DNA of 64,000 nucleotides, taken from NCBI GenBank assembly GCA_963773905.1, contig CAVZDB010000005.1, positions 181,624 to 245,623 of the forward strand, in the 5' to 3' direction. Below, one piece after another: positions 47,707 to 61,159 of this stretch. The translations under genes were made by a program, and so were the position numbers. Every line of letters starts with the position of its first letter. Position 1 is the stretch's first letter. Source of the stretch: an uncultured Acidobacteriota bacterium (GTDB lineage: Bacteria > Acidobacteriota > Thermoanaerobaculia > UBA5066 > Gp7-AA6). A model generated the notes under the pieces. It worked only from the letters and a program-made list of their open reading frames with translations, had not been told where the DNA came from and made no database searches.

Positions 47707-50700
47707 GCACAGCGAAGACGAACGAGAAGATGAGCGCGAACGCCTCGCTCCTGCCGACGCGGGGAGCCCCCGAGCCGCCGTCGCTCGATTTCGACGCCCT
47801 GCGCCGGCGCCTCGAGACGGAGCGCGGGCGGGGCTACTGGCGCAGCCTCGAGGAGCTCGCGCGCACGCCGGAGTTCGAGCGGATGCTGCGGCGCGACGAG
47901 AACGCCGTCGCGGCCGAGGGCTTCGACCGCCGGGACCTGATCAAGTTCATGGGCGTGTCGCTCGCCCTCGCGGGCCTGACCGGGTGCACCCGCCAGCCCA
48001 CCGAGAAGATCGTCCCCTACGTCCGCCAGCCCGAGGAGATCGTGCCGGGCGGCCGGCCGCTCTTCTTCGCGACGGCGATGACCGTCTCCGGCTACGCGAC
48101 CGGGCTCCTCGTCGAGAGCCACTCCGGACGCCCGACGAAGATCGAGGGCAACGCGCTGCATCCGGCGAGCCTCGGCGCGGCCGACCTCTTCTCCCAGGCC
48201 TCGATCTACACGCTCTACGACCCGGACCGTTCGCAGACCCTGGAGCATCTCGAAGAGATCCGCCCCTGGGCCGCGTTCCTCGCTGCGGCGCGCCGGACGG
48301 CGGACTCGGAGCGCAGGAACGGAGGCGCGGGGCTGCGCATCCTGACCGAGACCGTCTCCTCCCCGACGCTCGGCCTCCAGCTCCGCAACCTCCTGTCCGC
48401 GTTTCCGGGCGCGCGGTGGATCCAGTGGGAGCCGGCGGGGGCCGACAACGTCCGCGAGGGCGCGCGGCTGGCGTTCGGCGAGGACGCGGACGTCCTGGCG
48501 GACCTCGGGGGCGCCGACGTGATCCTCTCGCTCGGCGCCGACTTCCTGGCGTGCGGGCCGGCGCACCTCGCGCTGACGCGCCAGTTCGCGCGGCGCCGGA
48601 GGCCCGAGAGCGGCGCGATGAACCGCCTCTACGTCGTCGAGACCGCGTCGACGGTGACCGGCGCGAACGCCGACCACCGGCTGCCGGTGCCGGCCCGCGA
48701 CCTCGAGCGCGTCGCGCGCGCGATCGCGGCGCTTCTCGGCGTCGGCGGCGCGGCGGAGGCGACTTCGACCTCGTCGTCTCAGGAATCCGCCTTCGCCGCG
48801 GCGGTCGCGGCGGACCTCAAGGCGCATGCCGGCAGGAGCGCGGTCCTCGTGGGCCCCGAGCAGCCGCCGGCCGTGCACGCGCTCGGCCACGCGCTCAACC
48901 ACGCGCTCGGCAACTTCGGCAAGACGGTCCGCGCCATCGAGCCGGTCGCGGAGCGCCCGTCGAACCAGCTCGCGGGGCTCAAGGAGCTCTGCGCCGACAT
49001 GGCCGGCGGGCGCGTCTCGACGATCGTGATCCTCGGCGGGAATCCGGTGTTCACCGCCCCCGCCGATCTCGACTTCGGTCAGGCGCTCACGAAGGTTCCC
49101 AGCCGGATTCATCTCTCGCTCTACAAGGACGAGACCTCCGCCGCGTGCCAGTGGCACATCCCGGAGACCCACTACCTCGAGGCCTGGAGCGACGCGCGCG
49201 CGTTCGACGGCACGGCGTCGATCGTGCAGCCGCTGATCTCCCCCCTCTACGACGGGCGCTCGGCCCACGAGGTCATCGCGGCGCTCGCCGGGCTGCCCGA
49301 GTCCGCCGGCTACGACGTCGTCCGGGGCTACTGGCGCGGGCGCCTCGGCCACGACTTCGAGACCGCGTGGCGGCGGGCGCTGCACGACGGCGTCGTCGCC
49401 GACACCGCGTCGCCCGAGAAGAGGGTCTCCATCGTCCAGGTGCCGCCGCCCGCGCCCCCCGGCGCGCCGACTCCGACTCCGACAGGCGGCGCCCTCGAGC
49501 TCGTCTTCCGGACCGATCCGAAGATCTACGACGGCCGCTTCGCCAACAACGGCTGGCTCCAGGAGCTGCCCGACCCGATCACGCGGCTGACCTGGGACAA
49601 CGCCGTCCTCTTCTCGCTCGAGACCGCGCAGAGGCTGGGCCTTCAGAAGCAGGACGTCGTCACGCTCACCGTCGGCCAGCGCTCGCTCGAGGCCGCCGCA
49701 TGGGTCGAGCCCGGGCTTCCCGACGGAACGGCCGTCCTGCGGCTCGGCTACGGGCGCCGGCGCGGCGGAAGGGTCCTGTCGGGCGTCGGCTTCGACGCCT
49801 ACGGGCTGCGCACCTCCGAGGCACTGTGGGCCGCGGAGGGGCTGACGGTCCGGAAGACGGGCAAGACGCATCCGATCGCGTGCACGCAGATGCACCAGAA
49901 CATGGAAGGGCGCGACATCGTACGCGCCGAGTCTCTCGCGGACTTCTCGAAGGCGAAGACGGCGGAGGGCGGCCACGGCGAGGAGGCGGCGACGGAGCAG
50001 CCCGGCTCGCTCTACGCGCCCCACCCGCCGGACACCTACGCGTGGGCGATGGCGATCGATCTCTCGGCCTGCGTGGGCTGCAACGCCTGCGTCCTCGCGT
50101 GCCAGTCGGAGAACAACATCCCCGTCGTCGGCAAGGACCAGGTGCGGCGCGGGCGCGAGATGCACTGGCTCCGCATCGACCACTACTACGGCGGTGCTCC
50201 GCAGAACCCGCGGCATTTCTTCCAGCCCGTCCCCTGCATGCACTGCGAGGACGCGCCTTGCGAGCTCGTGTGCCCCGTCGGCGCGACCGTCCACAGCGCC
50301 GAGGGGCTGAACGACATGGTCTACAACCGCTGCGTCGGGACGCGGTACTGCTCGAACAACTGTCCCTACAAGGTGCGGCGGTTCAACTTCTACCACTACG
50401 GGACGGACTTTCGCGCGCCGAGCATGCGGATGCTCGCCAATCCCGACGTGACCGTCCGCTGGCGCGGCGTGATGGAGAAGTGCACGTACTGCGTCCAGCG
50501 CATCAACGCGACGAAGATCGACTCGGAGCTCGCGGGCCGCCGCGTGCGCGACGGCGAGATCACGCCCGCCTGCGCACAGACCTGTCCGGCCGAGGCGATC
50601 GTCTTCGGCGACCTCCAGGACAAGGAGAGCCGGGTCGCGAAGTTGCGCGCGAACCCGCGCAACTACGCCCTCCTGGGGGACCTCGGAACGCGCCCGCGGA

Positions 50701-50804
50701 CGACGTACCTGAGCGCGATCCGCAATCCGAACCCCGCGCTTGCGGACCCCGTCACCACCACCTTCCCGCACACGGCGCTCGACGACGAAACGGGCCAGAA
50801 ATGA
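47703..50804 (+). CDS. actB: ACIII molybdopterin-oxidoreductase-like / 4Fe-4S subunit
   Basis: [11 protein letters not shown] motif [32 protein letters not shown] and [14 protein letters not shown]. Confidence 0.93.
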   Translation: MSTAKTNEKMSANASLLPTRGAPEPPSLDFDALRRRLETERGRGYWRSLEELARTPEFERMLRRDENAVAAEGFDRRDLIKFMGVSLALAGLTGCTRQPTEKIVPYVRQPEEIVPGGRPLFFATAMTVSGYATGLLVESHSGRPTKIEGNALHPASLGAADLFSQASIYTLYDPDRSQTLEHLEEIRPWAAFLAAARRTADSERRNGGAGLRILTETVSSPTLGLQLRNLLSAFPGARWIQWEPAGADNVREGARLAFGEDADVLADLGGADVILSLGADFLACGPAHLALTRQFARRRRPESGAMNRLYVVETASTVTGANADHRLPVPARDLERVARAIAALLGVGGAAEATSTSSSQESAFAAAVAADLKAHAGRSAVLVGPEQPPAVHALGHALNHALGNFGKTVRAIEPVAERPSNQLAGLKELCADMAGGRVSTIVILGGNPVFTAPADLDFGQALTKVPSRIHLSLYKDETSAACQWHIPETHYLEAWSDARAFDGTASIVQPLISPLYDGRSAHEVIAALAGLPESAGYDVVRGYWRGRLGHDFETAWRRALHDGVVADTASPEKRVSIVQVPPPAPPGAPTPTPTGGALELVFRTDPKIYDGRFANNGWLQELPDPITRLTWDNAVLFSLETAQRLGLQKQDVVTLTVGQRSLEAAAWVEPGLPDGTAVLRLGYGRRRGGRVLSGVGFDAYGLRTSEALWAAEGLTVRKTGKTHPIACTQMHQNMEGRDIVRAESLADFSKAKTAEGGHGEEAATEQPGSLYAPHPPDTYAWAMAIDLSACVGCNACVLACQSENNIPVVGKDQVRRGREMHWLRIDHYYGGAPQNPRHFFQPVPCMHCEDAPCELVCPVGATVHSAEGLNDMVYNRCVGTRYCSNNCPYKVRRFNFYHYGTDFRAPSMRMLANPDVTVRWRGVMEKCTYCVQRINATKIDSELAGRRVRDGEITPACAQTCPAEAIVFGDLQDKESRVAKLRANPRNYALLGDLGTRPRTTYLSAIRNPNPALADPVTTTFPHTALDDETGQK

Positions 50805-52213
50805 GCCGCACGCCGCCGATCGACGATCCCCGCAGCACCGAGATCCTCGAGCCGGGGCACACGTTCGCCTCGGTCACGGACAAGATCTCGGCGATCGTCC
50901 TCGCCAAGCGCACGCCGCGCTTCTGGTGGGTCGGATTCCTGCTCGCGTTCTCCGTCACGCTGTGGCTCTTCGCCGCGATCGGCTACCTCCTGCTGAAGGG
51001 CATCGGCATCTGGGGCATCAACATCCCGGTCGGCTGGGGATTCGCGATCGTCAACTTCGTCTGGTGGATCGGCATCGGACACGCCGGCACGCTCATCTCC
51101 GCGATCCTGCTCCTGCTCCACCAGGAGTGGCGGACGTCGATCAACCGCTTCGCGGAGGCGATGACGCTCTTCGCGGTCGCGCAGCGCGGGGCTCTTCCCG
51201 CTCCTGCACCTGGGCCGGCCCTGGCTCGCCTACTGGCTGCTGCCGTATCCCAACACGATGGCGCTGTGGCCGCAGTTCCGCAGCCCTCTCGTCTGGGACG
51301 TCTTCGCCGTGTCGACCTACGCGACGGTCTCGCTGCTCTTCTGGTACGTCGGCCTCATCCCCGACCTCGCGACGCTGCGCGACCGCGCCAAGCGCGAAGT
51401 TCTTCCAGGTCGTCTACGGCATGGTGCGCGCTCGGCTGGCGCGGCTCGGCGGCGCACTGGCACCGTTACGAGGTCGCGTATCTGCTGCTCGCCGGGCTCG
51501 CGACGCCGCTCGTCGTCTCGGTCCACACGGTCGTCAGCTTCGACTTCACGATCGGGATCATCCCGGGCTGGCACTCGACGATCTTCCCGCCCTACTTCGT
51601 GGCGGGCGCGATCTTCGCCGGCTTCGCGATGGTCCTGACGCTCGCGATCCCGCTGCGCGCCGTCTATGGGCTCGAGGGCTTCATCACGCTGCGCCACCTC
51701 CAGAACATGGCGAAGATCATGCTGGCGACGGGCCTCATCGTCGCGTACGGCTACATGATCGAGGCGTTCATGGGCTGGTACAGCGGGAACGTCTTCGAGA
51801 AGTACTCCGTCTGGAATCGCATCACCGGGCCGTACCGCCACTACTACTGGGCGCTGATCGCGTGCAACATCGTCACGCCGCAGCTGCTCTGGTTCAAGCG
51901 CAACCGCTCGACGCCCTGGATCCTCTGGTGCATCGCGATGGTCGTGAACGCGGGCATGTGGCTCGAGCGCTTCGTCATCGTCGTCACGAGCCTCCACCGG
52001 GACTTTCTGCCCTCGTCGTGGGGCATGTACGCGGGCACCTTCTGGGATTGGTCGATCTTCATCGGCACGATCGGCTTCTTCCTCGCGCTCGTCTTCCTCT
52101 TCATCCGGCTCCTGCCGATGATCTCGATCTTCGAGATGCGCACGCTGGTTCCCGAGGCGGACGTCCATGGAGAGCCGCAGCCCTCGCCGGGACGCCTGGA
52201 GGACGAGGTATGA
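50801..52213 (+). CDS. actC: ACIII NrfD-like quinol-binding membrane subunit, frameshifted at about 51185-51425
   Basis: [41 protein letters not shown] and GMWLERF. Confidence 0.92.
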   Translation: MSRTPPIDDPRSTEILEPGHTFASVTDKISAIVLAKRTPRFWWVGFLLAFSVTLWLFAAIGYLLLKGIGIWGINIPVGWGFAIVNFVWWIGIGHAGTLISAILLLLHQEWRTSINRFAEAMTLFAVAQRGALPAPAPGPALARLLAAAVSQHDGAVAAVPQPSRLGRLRRVDLRDGLAALLVRRPHPRPRDAARPRQARSSSRSSTAWCALGWRGSAAHWHRYEVAYLLLAGLATPLVVSVHTVVSFDFTIGIIPGWHSTIFPPYFVAGAIFAGFAMVLTLAIPLRAVYGLEGFITLRHLQNMAKIMLATGLIVAYGYMIEAFMGWYSGNVFEKYSVWNRITGPYRHYYWALIACNIVTPQLLWFKRNRSTPWILWCIAMVVNAGMWLERFVIVVTSLHRDFLPSSWGMYAGTFWDWSIFIGTIGFFLALVFLFIRLLPMISIFEMRTLVPEADVHGEPQPSPGRLEDEV

Positions 52214-52784
52214 GCGGGCCGGCGAACGCCCACACGCCGGCCGTGACGAAGACGGGTCCCGTGCTCTACGGGCTCATCGCGGAGTTCGACAGCCCGGGCG
52301 ACCTCCTCGAGGCGGCGGGCCGCACGCGGGCGGAGGGCTACCGCTACGTCGACACGTTCAGCCCGTTCCCGATCCAGGAATGGACAAGGCCCTCGGGCTG
52401 AAGCGGACGAAGCTCCCGCTCATCGTCCTGATCGGCGGCCTGACAGGCTGCGGAACGGGCCTGCTCATGCAGTGGTTCTCGGCCGCGGTGCACTACCCCG
52501 TCAACGTCGGCGGCCGGCCGTTCGCGAGCTGGCCGATGTTCATCCCGATCACCTTCGAGCTGACGATCCTCTTCGCCTCGTTCGCCGCGGTCCTCGGCAT
52601 GATCGCCCTGAACGGCCTCCCCATGCCCTACCACCCCGTCTTCAACGCGCCCCGCTTCGCGCTCGCGTCGCGAGACCGCTTCTTCCTCTGCATCGAGGCG
52701 CGGGATCCGAGCTTCGACCGCGACGGCTGCCGGCGATTCCTCGAGACCCTCGGCGCGCACGACATCTCCGAGGTGGAGGAGTAA
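52210..52784 (+). CDS. actD: ACIII subunit D (DUF3341), frameshift near 52378
   Basis: YGLIAEFD, FSPFPI, NVGGRP and PITFELTIL motifs. Confidence 0.9.
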
Positions 52785-53441
52785 GTGCGCAATCTAAAGT
52801 TGTTGATCGCTGCCGGCCTGCTCGCATCGCCCCTCGCGTGTCGTCAGGAAATGTACGACCAGCCCAAGTACAAGGACTTGCGCCGCAGCGACTTCTTCGA
52901 GGATCGCCGCCAGGCCCGGCCGCTGCCGGAAGGCACGGTCGCGCGCGGCTTCCTGCGCGAGGACTCGCGGGTCTTCGCCGGACGCGACGCCGGCGGCGCG
53001 CTCGTGACCGCGTTTCCGATGAGCGTGGACGAGCCTCTGCTCGAACGGGGCCGGCAGCGCTACGACATCTTCTGCTCGCCCTGCCACGACCGCACCGGCA
53101 CCGGCGATGGCATGGTCGTCCGGCGCGGCTACCGGCCGCCGCCGTCGTTCCACATCGCGCGCCTGCGCGAAGCTCCGGTCGGCCATCTCTTCGACGTCAT
53201 CAGCAACGGGTTCGGCGCCATGCCGGACTACTCCTCGCAGATCGAAGTCCCCGACCGCTGGGCGATCGTGGCCTACGTGCGCGCGCTCCAGCTCTCGGAG
53301 AACGCCCCGATCGACAGCCTGCCGGCGGAGGAGCGCGCGCGGCTCGAGGGCCAGCCGGCCGTCGCCCAGACGCCGCTGCCGACGCCGGCGCCGGCGCCGT
53401 TTCCTCTCTCGGGGCGGCCAGGCGGGGGAGCGTCGCGATGA
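52785..53441 (+). CDS. actE: ACIII monoheme cytochrome c lipoprotein
   Basis: Lipobox LAC, MYDQPK, GTVARG, CSPCH and DRWAIVAYVRALQ. Confidence 0.9.
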   Translation: MRNLKLLIAAGLLASPLACRQEMYDQPKYKDLRRSDFFEDRRQARPLPEGTVARGFLREDSRVFAGRDAGGALVTAFPMSVDEPLLERGRQRYDIFCSPCHDRTGTGDGMVVRRGYRPPPSFHIARLREAPVGHLFDVISNGFGAMPDYSSQIEVPDRWAIVAYVRALQLSENAPIDSLPAEERARLEGQPAVAQTPLPTPAPAPFPLSGRPGGGASR

Positions 53442-54637
53442 GCGCGGCTCCTCTCATCGGCCCCGCCCCGGCGGATCTCACGGCCGCGGTCTCCCGCGCG
53501 CGCGGGCCGGTGCTCCTCGCCGGCATCGTCGGGTGCGCCCTCTGCGTGGCGGGTGCGATCCTCCAGCCGGTCCAGTTCTTCCGGTCCTACCTCTTCGCCT
53601 GCGTGTTCTGGGCCGGAATCGCGCTCGGCGCGCTCGCCGTGCTCATGCTGCGGTACCTGACCGGGGGCGCGTGGGGCGTCCCGATCCGCCGTCCGCTCGA
53701 GGCGGCGACGCGGACGCTGCCGCTCGTGGTCCTCTTCTTCCTCCCGATGCTCGCGGGGCTGAAGACGCTGTATCCCTGGGCCCGGCCGGAGGAGGTCGCG
53801 CGGGACCCGATCCTGCGTCACAAGGCGCTCTACCTCAACACGAGCTTCTTCCTGGGACGCTTCGTCGTCTACGCCGCCGTCTGGCTACTGCTCGCCTACT
53901 TCCTCAACCGCTGGTCGCAGGAGGAGGACCGTTCCGCGGACCCCTCGGTCCTGCGGCGGCTCCAGCTGATCTCCGGGGCGGGCGTCCTGACGTACGGGCT
54001 CACGATCACGTTCTGGTCGATCGACTGGCTGATGTCGCTCGAGCCGCACTGGTACTCGACCATGTATGGCGTTCTGCTCATGGCGGGCCAGGCGCTCTCG
54101 GGCCTCGCGTTCGTCACGGCGGTCACGATCCTCCTCGCGCGGTTCGAGCCGCTGTCGAAGTTCCTGAGCCCCGAGCACCTCCACGATCTCGGCAAGCTCC
54201 TGTTCGCCTTCATCATGTTCTGGGCGTACGTGTCCTTCTCCCAGTACCTCATCATCTGGGCCGGCAACCTGCCCGAGGAGATCCCCTGGTATCTCGAGCG
54301 GCTGCACGGCGGGTGGGGCTGGTTCGGCGTCGCGATCGTCCTCCTGCACTTCGCGCTGCCGTTCCTGCTGCTGCTCCCCGCCGACGCGAACCGAAACCCG
54401 CGGCTCCTCGCGTCGGTCGCTCTGTTCGTCGTCGCGATGCGCGCCGTGGATCTTTTCTGGCTCATCCGCCCGGTCTTCTCACCGGGACGCCTCGAGGTCC
54501 ACTGGCTCGACTTCGCCGCCTGGATCGCGCTCGGCGGCGTGTGGCTCTGGTTCTTCCTCTGGCAGCTGCTCCGCCGGCCGCTGCTCCCCCGCTACGATCC
54601 GGACCTCGCCGGAGCGATCGAACATGCCGCCCACTGA
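53438..54637 (+). CDS. actF: ACIII membrane subunit F
   Basis: DWLMSLEPHWYSTMYG, HDLGKLLFAF and SQYLIIWAGNLPEE motifs. Confidence 0.9.
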   Translation: MSAAPLIGPAPADLTAAVSRARGPVLLAGIVGCALCVAGAILQPVQFFRSYLFACVFWAGIALGALAVLMLRYLTGGAWGVPIRRPLEAATRTLPLVVLFFLPMLAGLKTLYPWARPEEVARDPILRHKALYLNTSFFLGRFVVYAAVWLLLAYFLNRWSQEEDRSADPSVLRRLQLISGAGVLTYGLTITFWSIDWLMSLEPHWYSTMYGVLLMAGQALSGLAFVTAVTILLARFEPLSKFLSPEHLHDLGKLLFAFIMFWAYVSFSQYLIIWAGNLPEEIPWYLERLHGGWGWFGVAIVLLHFALPFLLLLPADANRNPRLLASVALFVVAMRAVDLFWLIRPVFSPGRLEVHWLDFAAWIALGGVWLWFFLWQLLRRPLLPRYDPDLAGAIEHAAH

Positions 54638-55083
54638 GCCCGGCCCGGTCTCCCAGGCGGGTATCGGTCGCGAGGAGCGCGACGTCGAGACCTCGGCGGT
54701 CGTGTGGTTCGGCATCTGGCTGTTCGTCGGATGCGTCCTCGCGGCCGTCGCCGTGCTGGGTCGTCTTCCGGGTCTTCGCGGCGCAGGAGAGGGCCGCGCA
54801 GCCCGTCCTGTCCCCGCACCTCGAATTGAGCCTGAGACGAACGCCGGCCGGACCGCGGCTCGAGCCCCTGCCGCTCGAGCCCAGGCTCGCGCTGCGCGCC
54901 GCCGAGGACGGGCAGCTCTCGACGTACGGGTGGGTCGACCGCAAGGCGGGCATCGCGCGGATCCCGATCGACCGCGCGATGATGCTCGTCGTCGAGCACG
55001 GCGTTCCCGGCGGGATGCCGCTTCCGGAGCCAACTCCGGAGCCCGTGCCGGCGCCGGCCGCCGACGGAGGGGCGCGCCCATGA
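54624..55083 (+). CDS. ActG-like small subunit, frameshift near 54755
   Basis: One TM segment then LSTYGWVDRKAGIARIPIDRAM; lies between actF and SCO. Confidence 0.7.
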
Positions 55084-56020
55084 GGGTCGTGGCCGGACTC
55101 GCCATGGCCGCCGCTCTCGCCCTCCGGGCGCTCCCGGCGGCCGCTCAGACCGCGTCCCTGCCACCGAAGACGGCGGCCTCGGCGCCGAAGATTGCGACGG
55201 CCATCGCGCCGGCGACGACGCCGGCCTCGGCGAGCCCGGCCCTCGACCAGCGGCCGGCGATCCTGCGCCAGGTCGGCATCGACGCAGCGGCTCGGCGCGA
55301 GCCTGCCGCTCGACGCGGTCTTCAAGGACGAGAGGGACGCGCCGTGCGGCTCTCGCCAGTACTTCGGCAACTCGCCCGTCGATCCTCGTCCTCGCCTATT
55401 ACAACTGCCCGATGCTCTGCACCGCAGGTGTTGAACGGGCTCCTCGGCTCGCTGAAGGCGCTCTCCTTCGACGTCGGCAAGGAGTTCGAGGTCGTGACCG
55501 TCAGCTTCGACCCGCGCGAGCGGCCCGCCGACGCCGCCGCGAAGAAGAAGGCCTACCTCGACGCCTACGGCCGCTCCGGCGCCGCCGGGGGCTGGCACTT
55601 CCTGACCGGGCGCCCGCGCGTCGATCGAGCGGCTCACGGAGGCCGTCGGCTTCCGCTACGCGCTGCGACGAGCGGACCGGCCAGTTCGCGCACGCGGCGG
55701 CGATCTTCGTCGCGACGCCGGACGGCCGCCTGTCGCGCTACTTCTACGGCATCGACTACGCGCCGCGAGACCTGCGGCTGGGCCTCGTCGAGGCGTCCGA
55801 CCGGAAGATCGGCACGCCCGTCGACCAGCTCCTGCTTACTGCTACCACTACGACCCGACGGTCGGGACGCTACGGCGCCGTCGTGATGAACATGCTGCGG
55901 GTCGGCGGCGCCGGGGCGGTGCTGATCCTCGCGGCCTTCGTCCTCGTGATGCGTCCGGCGCGAGCGGCGGCGCGAGGCCAGCCGCGCCCTCCGCGAGTCC
56001 GGCGGGCAGGCGCGAAGCTA
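55080..56020 (+). CDS. SCO1/SenC family copper chaperone, multiple frameshifts (end approximate)
   Basis: Fragments YYNCPMLC, VVTVSFDP, GWHFLTG, QFAHAA and SRYFYGI. Confidence 0.8.
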
Positions 56021-56022
56021 CG

Positions 56023-57086
<1,064 letters not shown>

Positions 57087-57090
<4 letters not shown>

Positions 57091-58732
57091 CCGCCGAATT
57101 GACCCCGCCCCTCGCCGAGACGCCTCCGCGCGCGACCTACCTGAACGCCGGCTACGGCGTGAAGTAGCTGGCTGCTCACGCGCGACCACAAGCGGATCGC
57201 GCTGCTCTACCTCGCGTCGATCACGTTCTTCTTCTTCCTCGGCGGCCTCTTCGCGCTGCTGATCCGGCTCGAGCTGTTGACGCCGGAGGGCGACCTCGTC
57301 CAGCCCGAGACCTACAACAAGCTCTTCACGATGCACGGCGATCGTCATGGTGTTCTTCTTCCTGATCCCCTCGATCCCGGCCGTTCTCGGCAACTTCCTC
57401 ATCCCGATGATGATCGGGGCCAAGGACCTGGCGTTTCCCCGCCTGAATCTCCTCTCCTGGTACATCTACATGGTCGGAGGGCTCTTCACGCTCTGGGCCA
57501 TCGTGCACGGCGGCGTCGACACCGGCTGGACGTTCTATGCGCCCTTGAGCACCATCTCCTCGACGAGCTCGCGCGTGATCCCGGCCGCGCTCGGCATCTT
57601 CATCACCGGCTTCTCCTCCATCCTGACGGGCCTCAACTTCATCGTGACGATCCACACCATGCGCGCGCCGGGAATGACCTGGTTCCGGCTCCCGCTCTTC
57701 GTCTGGTCCTCCTACGCGACGAGCATGATCTTCGTGCTCGGGACGCCGGTCATCGCGGTGACGCTCCTGCTGGTCGCCCTCGAGCGCATCTTCCACTTCG
57801 GGTTCTTCGATCCGGCGCTCGGCGGCGACCCGGTGCTCTTTCAGCATCTCTTCTGGTTCTACTCGCACCCGGCCGTCTACATCATGGTCCTGCCGGCGAT
57901 GGGTGTGGTCTCGGAGATCGTCCCGACGTTCTCGCGCAAGAGCGTCTTCGGCTACAAGTTCGTGGCCTACGCGTCGATCTCGATCGCCGTCCTGGGCTTC
58001 CTCGTCTGGGGCCACCACATGTTCGTGTCCGGGCAGTCGGTGTACGCCGGACTCTTCTTCTCGCTCATGTCGTTCTTCGTGGCGATCCCCTCGGCCATCA
58101 AGGTCTTCAACTGGACCGCCACGATGTACAAGGGCTCGATCTCGTGGCGCACGCCGATGCTCTACGCGTTCGGCTTCGTGGGGCTCTTCACGATCGGCGG
58201 CCTGACCGGCCTCTTCCTCGCGACGCTCGGCGTGGACGTGCACGTGCACGACACGTACTTCATCATCGCGCACTTCCACTACATCATGGTGGGCGGCGCC
58301 ATCATGGGATACCTCGGCGGCATCCACTACTGGTGGCCGAAGATCTCCGGCAAGATGTACCCGGAGGGGCTCGCGAAGTTCGCGGCGTTCGTGGTCTTCG
58401 TCGGCTTCAACCTCACCTTCTTCCCGCAGTTCATCCTCGGCTACCTGGGAATGCCGCGGCGCTACCACTCGTATCCGCCCGAGTTCCAGGTCCTGAACGT
58501 CATGTCCACCGCCGGCGCCTCGATCCTCGGCTTCGGCTACGTCCTGCCGCTCGCCTATTTGTTCTGGTCGATGCGCTACGGGAGGGACGCGTCCTCGAAC
58601 CCCTGGGGCGCCACCGGCCTCGAGTGGCGCACGACCTCGCCCCCTCCGACCGAGAACTTCCCGGTCACGCCGGTCGTCGACTGGGAGCCCTACGAATACC
58701 GCCCGAAGACGGAGGTCGCCGCCGTTGGCTGA
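57087..58732 (+). CDS. coxA: Cytochrome c oxidase subunit I, A2 type; apparent stop at 57165 and frameshift near 57340
   Basis: [36 protein letters not shown] and GMPRR motifs. Confidence 0.95.
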
Positions 58733-59402
58733 CGCAAGACCGCTCTCTCGTGAGGAATACGCCGCCTCCCGCCTGCAGCACCACTTCGTGTCGATGGAGC
58801 AGCAGCGCGACGCGTCGACGCTCGCGATGTGGGTCTTCCTCGTCACCGAGATCCTGTTCTTCGGCGGGTTCTTCCTGACCTACACCGTCTACCGCTGGCA
58901 GGACCCCGTCGGTTTCGCGCACGCGAGCCAGCACATGGACATCCTGCTCGGCACGATCAACACGGCCGTTCTGATCATCAGCAGTCTCACGATGGCGATG
59001 GCCGTGCACAGCGCCGCGACGGGGCGCCGGAAGCCCCTCCTGGCGTACCTCTCGGCGACCATCGTCCTGGGATTCGCGTTTCTGGGGATCAAGGCCGTCG
59101 AGTACACCGACCACATCCGCCACCACCTCCTTCCCGGCCCGGGCTTCCACTTCCCGGGTCCCGACAAACCGGCGGCGGAGATGTTCTTCTCGCTCTATTT
59201 CGGGATGACCGGCCTCCACGCGCTGCACATGATCATCGGCATCGGCATCGTGGGCACGCTGCTCGTGATGGCGTATCGCGGCCGCTTCACGCCCGAGTAC
59301 CACAGCCCCGTCGAGGTCTCCGGGCTGTACTGGCACTTCGTGGACATCGTGTGGATCTTCCTCTTTCCCCTGCTCTACCTGATCGGGAGGCACCTGAAGT
59401 GA
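58725..59402 (+). CDS. coxC: Cytochrome c oxidase subunit III
   Basis: [21 protein letters not shown] and [19 protein letters not shown]. Confidence 0.93.
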   Translation: MADARPLSREEYAASRLQHHFVSMEQQRDASTLAMWVFLVTEILFFGGFFLTYTVYRWQDPVGFAHASQHMDILLGTINTAVLIISSLTMAMAVHSAATGRRKPLLAYLSATIVLGFAFLGIKAVEYTDHIRHHLLPGPGFHFPGPDKPAAEMFFSLYFGMTGLHALHMIIGIGIVGTLLVMAYRGRFTPEYHSPVEVSGLYWHFVDIVWIFLFPLLYLIGRHLK

Positions 59403-59455
59403 GCGACCCCGGCGCCACCCACCGGGGCGGAGGCGAAGCGGTCCGGTCGCCGGCG

Positions 59456-59764
59456 ATGAGCGAGCACATCGTCTCGCCGCGGATCTACGTCGCCGTCTTC
59501 GCCATCCTCCTCCTGATGACCGGCACGACGACCGCGGTGTCGTTCGTGGACCTCGGGCCCTGGAGCACGGTCGTGGCGCTCGGGATCGCCGCGTTCAAGG
59601 CGACACTGGTCGTGCTCTTCTTCATGCACATCAAGTACAGCCGGCGGCTCATGCAGATCGTCATCGCCGGCGGGCTCTTCTGGCTCGCGATCCTGCTGCT
59701 CCTCACCCTGTCGGACTTCATGACCCGCGGCTGGCTCCCGGTGTTCCAGCGCTTCGAGCCGTAG
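59456..59764 (+). CDS. Cytochrome c oxidase subunit IV (CtaF-like)
   Basis: YVAVFAILL and IAAFKATLVVLFFMH. Confidence 0.88.
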   Translation: MSEHIVSPRIYVAVFAILLLMTGTTTAVSFVDLGPWSTVVALGIAAFKATLVVLFFMHIKYSRRLMQIVIAGGLFWLAILLLLTLSDFMTRGWLPVFQRFEP

Positions 59765-59773
59765 ACGCGGCCC

Positions 59774-61159
59774 GTGTCTCCGTTTCGATTTCCCGAAGGC
59801 TTCCTCTGGGGCGCGGCCACGTCGGCGTACCAGGTCGAGGGCTCTCCCCTCGCCGACGGCGCCGGGCCGTCGATCTGGCATCGGTTCAGCCACACGCCCG
59901 GTCTCGTGAGCGGCGGCGACACCGGAGACGTCGCCTGCGACCACTACCGCCGCTGGCGGGGCGACGTCGAGTGGATGAAGCGCCTGGGGCTCACCGCGTA
60001 CCGCTTCAGCATTTCGTGGTCGCGCGTCCTTCCGGAGGGGACCGGCGCCGTCAACGCGAGGGGCCTCGACTTCTACCGCCGGCTCGTCGACGCACTCCTC
60101 GAGGCGGGGATCCGGCCGCTCGCCACGCTGTACCACTGGGACCTGCCGGCGGCGCTGGACGACCGCGGGGGCTGGCTGAACCGGGACATCGCACGCTGGT
60201 TCGCCGACTACGCCGCGACGGCGGCGCGCGCGCTCGCGGGCGTGCCGATGTGGGCGACGCTCAACGAGCCGTGGGTCATCACCGACGGCGGCTACCTCCA
60301 CGGCAAGCTGGCGCCCGGGCACCGAAGCCTCTTCGAGGCGCCGATCGCGTCGCACAATCTGCTCCGCGCCCACGGCGCGGCGGTCGACGCGCTTCGCGCG
60401 GAGGCGGGCGCGGCCCGGATCGGCCTCGTCGTCAACCTCGAGCCGAAGCACCCCGCTTCCGAGTCGGAGGACGACCGCGAGGCGGCCCGGAGGTCCGACG
60501 CCTACATGAACCGCCAGTACCTCGATCCGGCGATCCTCGGCCGCCATCCGGAGGAGCTGCCGGCGATCTTCGGCGAGGCGTGGCCCCGATCCGCCGACGC
60601 GGACCTCGACGCGATGCGCCGGCCGATCGACTTCCTCGGCGTCAACTACTACACCCGCGGCGTCATGAAGCACGACGACGACGCGTGGCCGGTCCGCGCC
60701 GCGCGCGTGCGCCAGCCGGGCCTGCACACGGAGATGGGCTGGGAGGTCTACCCCGACGGGCTCGCCGAGACCCTGCTCTGGGTGCGCGGACGCTACGGTG
60801 AGATCCCCCTCTACGTCACCGAGAACGGCGCCGCGTTCGCCGACGAACCGCCGCCGGAGGGCGCGGACGTGTCGGATTCCCTGCGCGTCGCCTACCTGCG
60901 CGATCACCTCGGCGCCGTCCACGCCGCGATCGAGGCGGGAGCCGACGTGCGCGGCTACTTCGTCTGGTCCCTCCTCGACAACTTCGAATGGTCCGAGGGG
61001 ACGTCCAAGCGGTTCGGCCTGATCCGCGTGGACTACGAGACGCAGGAGCGGAAGGCGAAGGCGAGCGCGCGGCTCTACGCGCGCGTGATCGCGAGCCACG
61101 GCGAGGCGCTCGACGACGACGACGACCACGCGCTCGCCGCGGCCGACGGCGGGCGCTAG
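59774..61159 (+). CDS. GH1 beta-glucosidase
   Basis: FLWGAATSAYQVEG, TLNEP (acid/base), YVTENG (nucleophile) and WSLLDNFEW. Confidence 0.95.
   Translation: MSPFRFPEGFLWGAATSAYQVEGSPLADGAGPSIWHRFSHTPGLVSGGDTGDVACDHYRRWRGDVEWMKRLGLTAYRFSISWSRVLPEGTGAVNARGLDFYRRLVDALLEAGIRPLATLYHWDLPAALDDRGGWLNRDIARWFADYAATAARALAGVPMWATLNEPWVITDGGYLHGKLAPGHRSLFEAPIASHNLLRAHGAAVDALRAEAGAARIGLVVNLEPKHPASESEDDREAARRSDAYMNRQYLDPAILGRHPEELPAIFGEAWPRSADADLDAMRRPIDFLGVNYYTRGVMKHDDDAWPVRAARVRQPGLHTEMGWEVYPDGLAETLLWVRGRYGEIPLYVTENGAAFADEPPPEGADVSDSLRVAYLRDHLGAVHAAIEAGADVRGYFVWSLLDNFEWSEGTSKRFGLIRVDYETQERKAKASARLYARVIASHGEALDDDDDHALAAADGGR

Noticed and set aside
47049-50804. 1251-aa ActA-ActB fusion
   Set aside because: A frameshift near 47375 diverts ActA; its remaining three heme motifs and stop (47706) are in another frame overlapping the actB ATG.
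57165-57167. In-frame TAG early in coxA as possible recoding
   Set aside because: gtgaagtagctgg reads V-K-S-W if one base is removed; it lies in the most error-dense stretch, so an indel is the simpler explanation.
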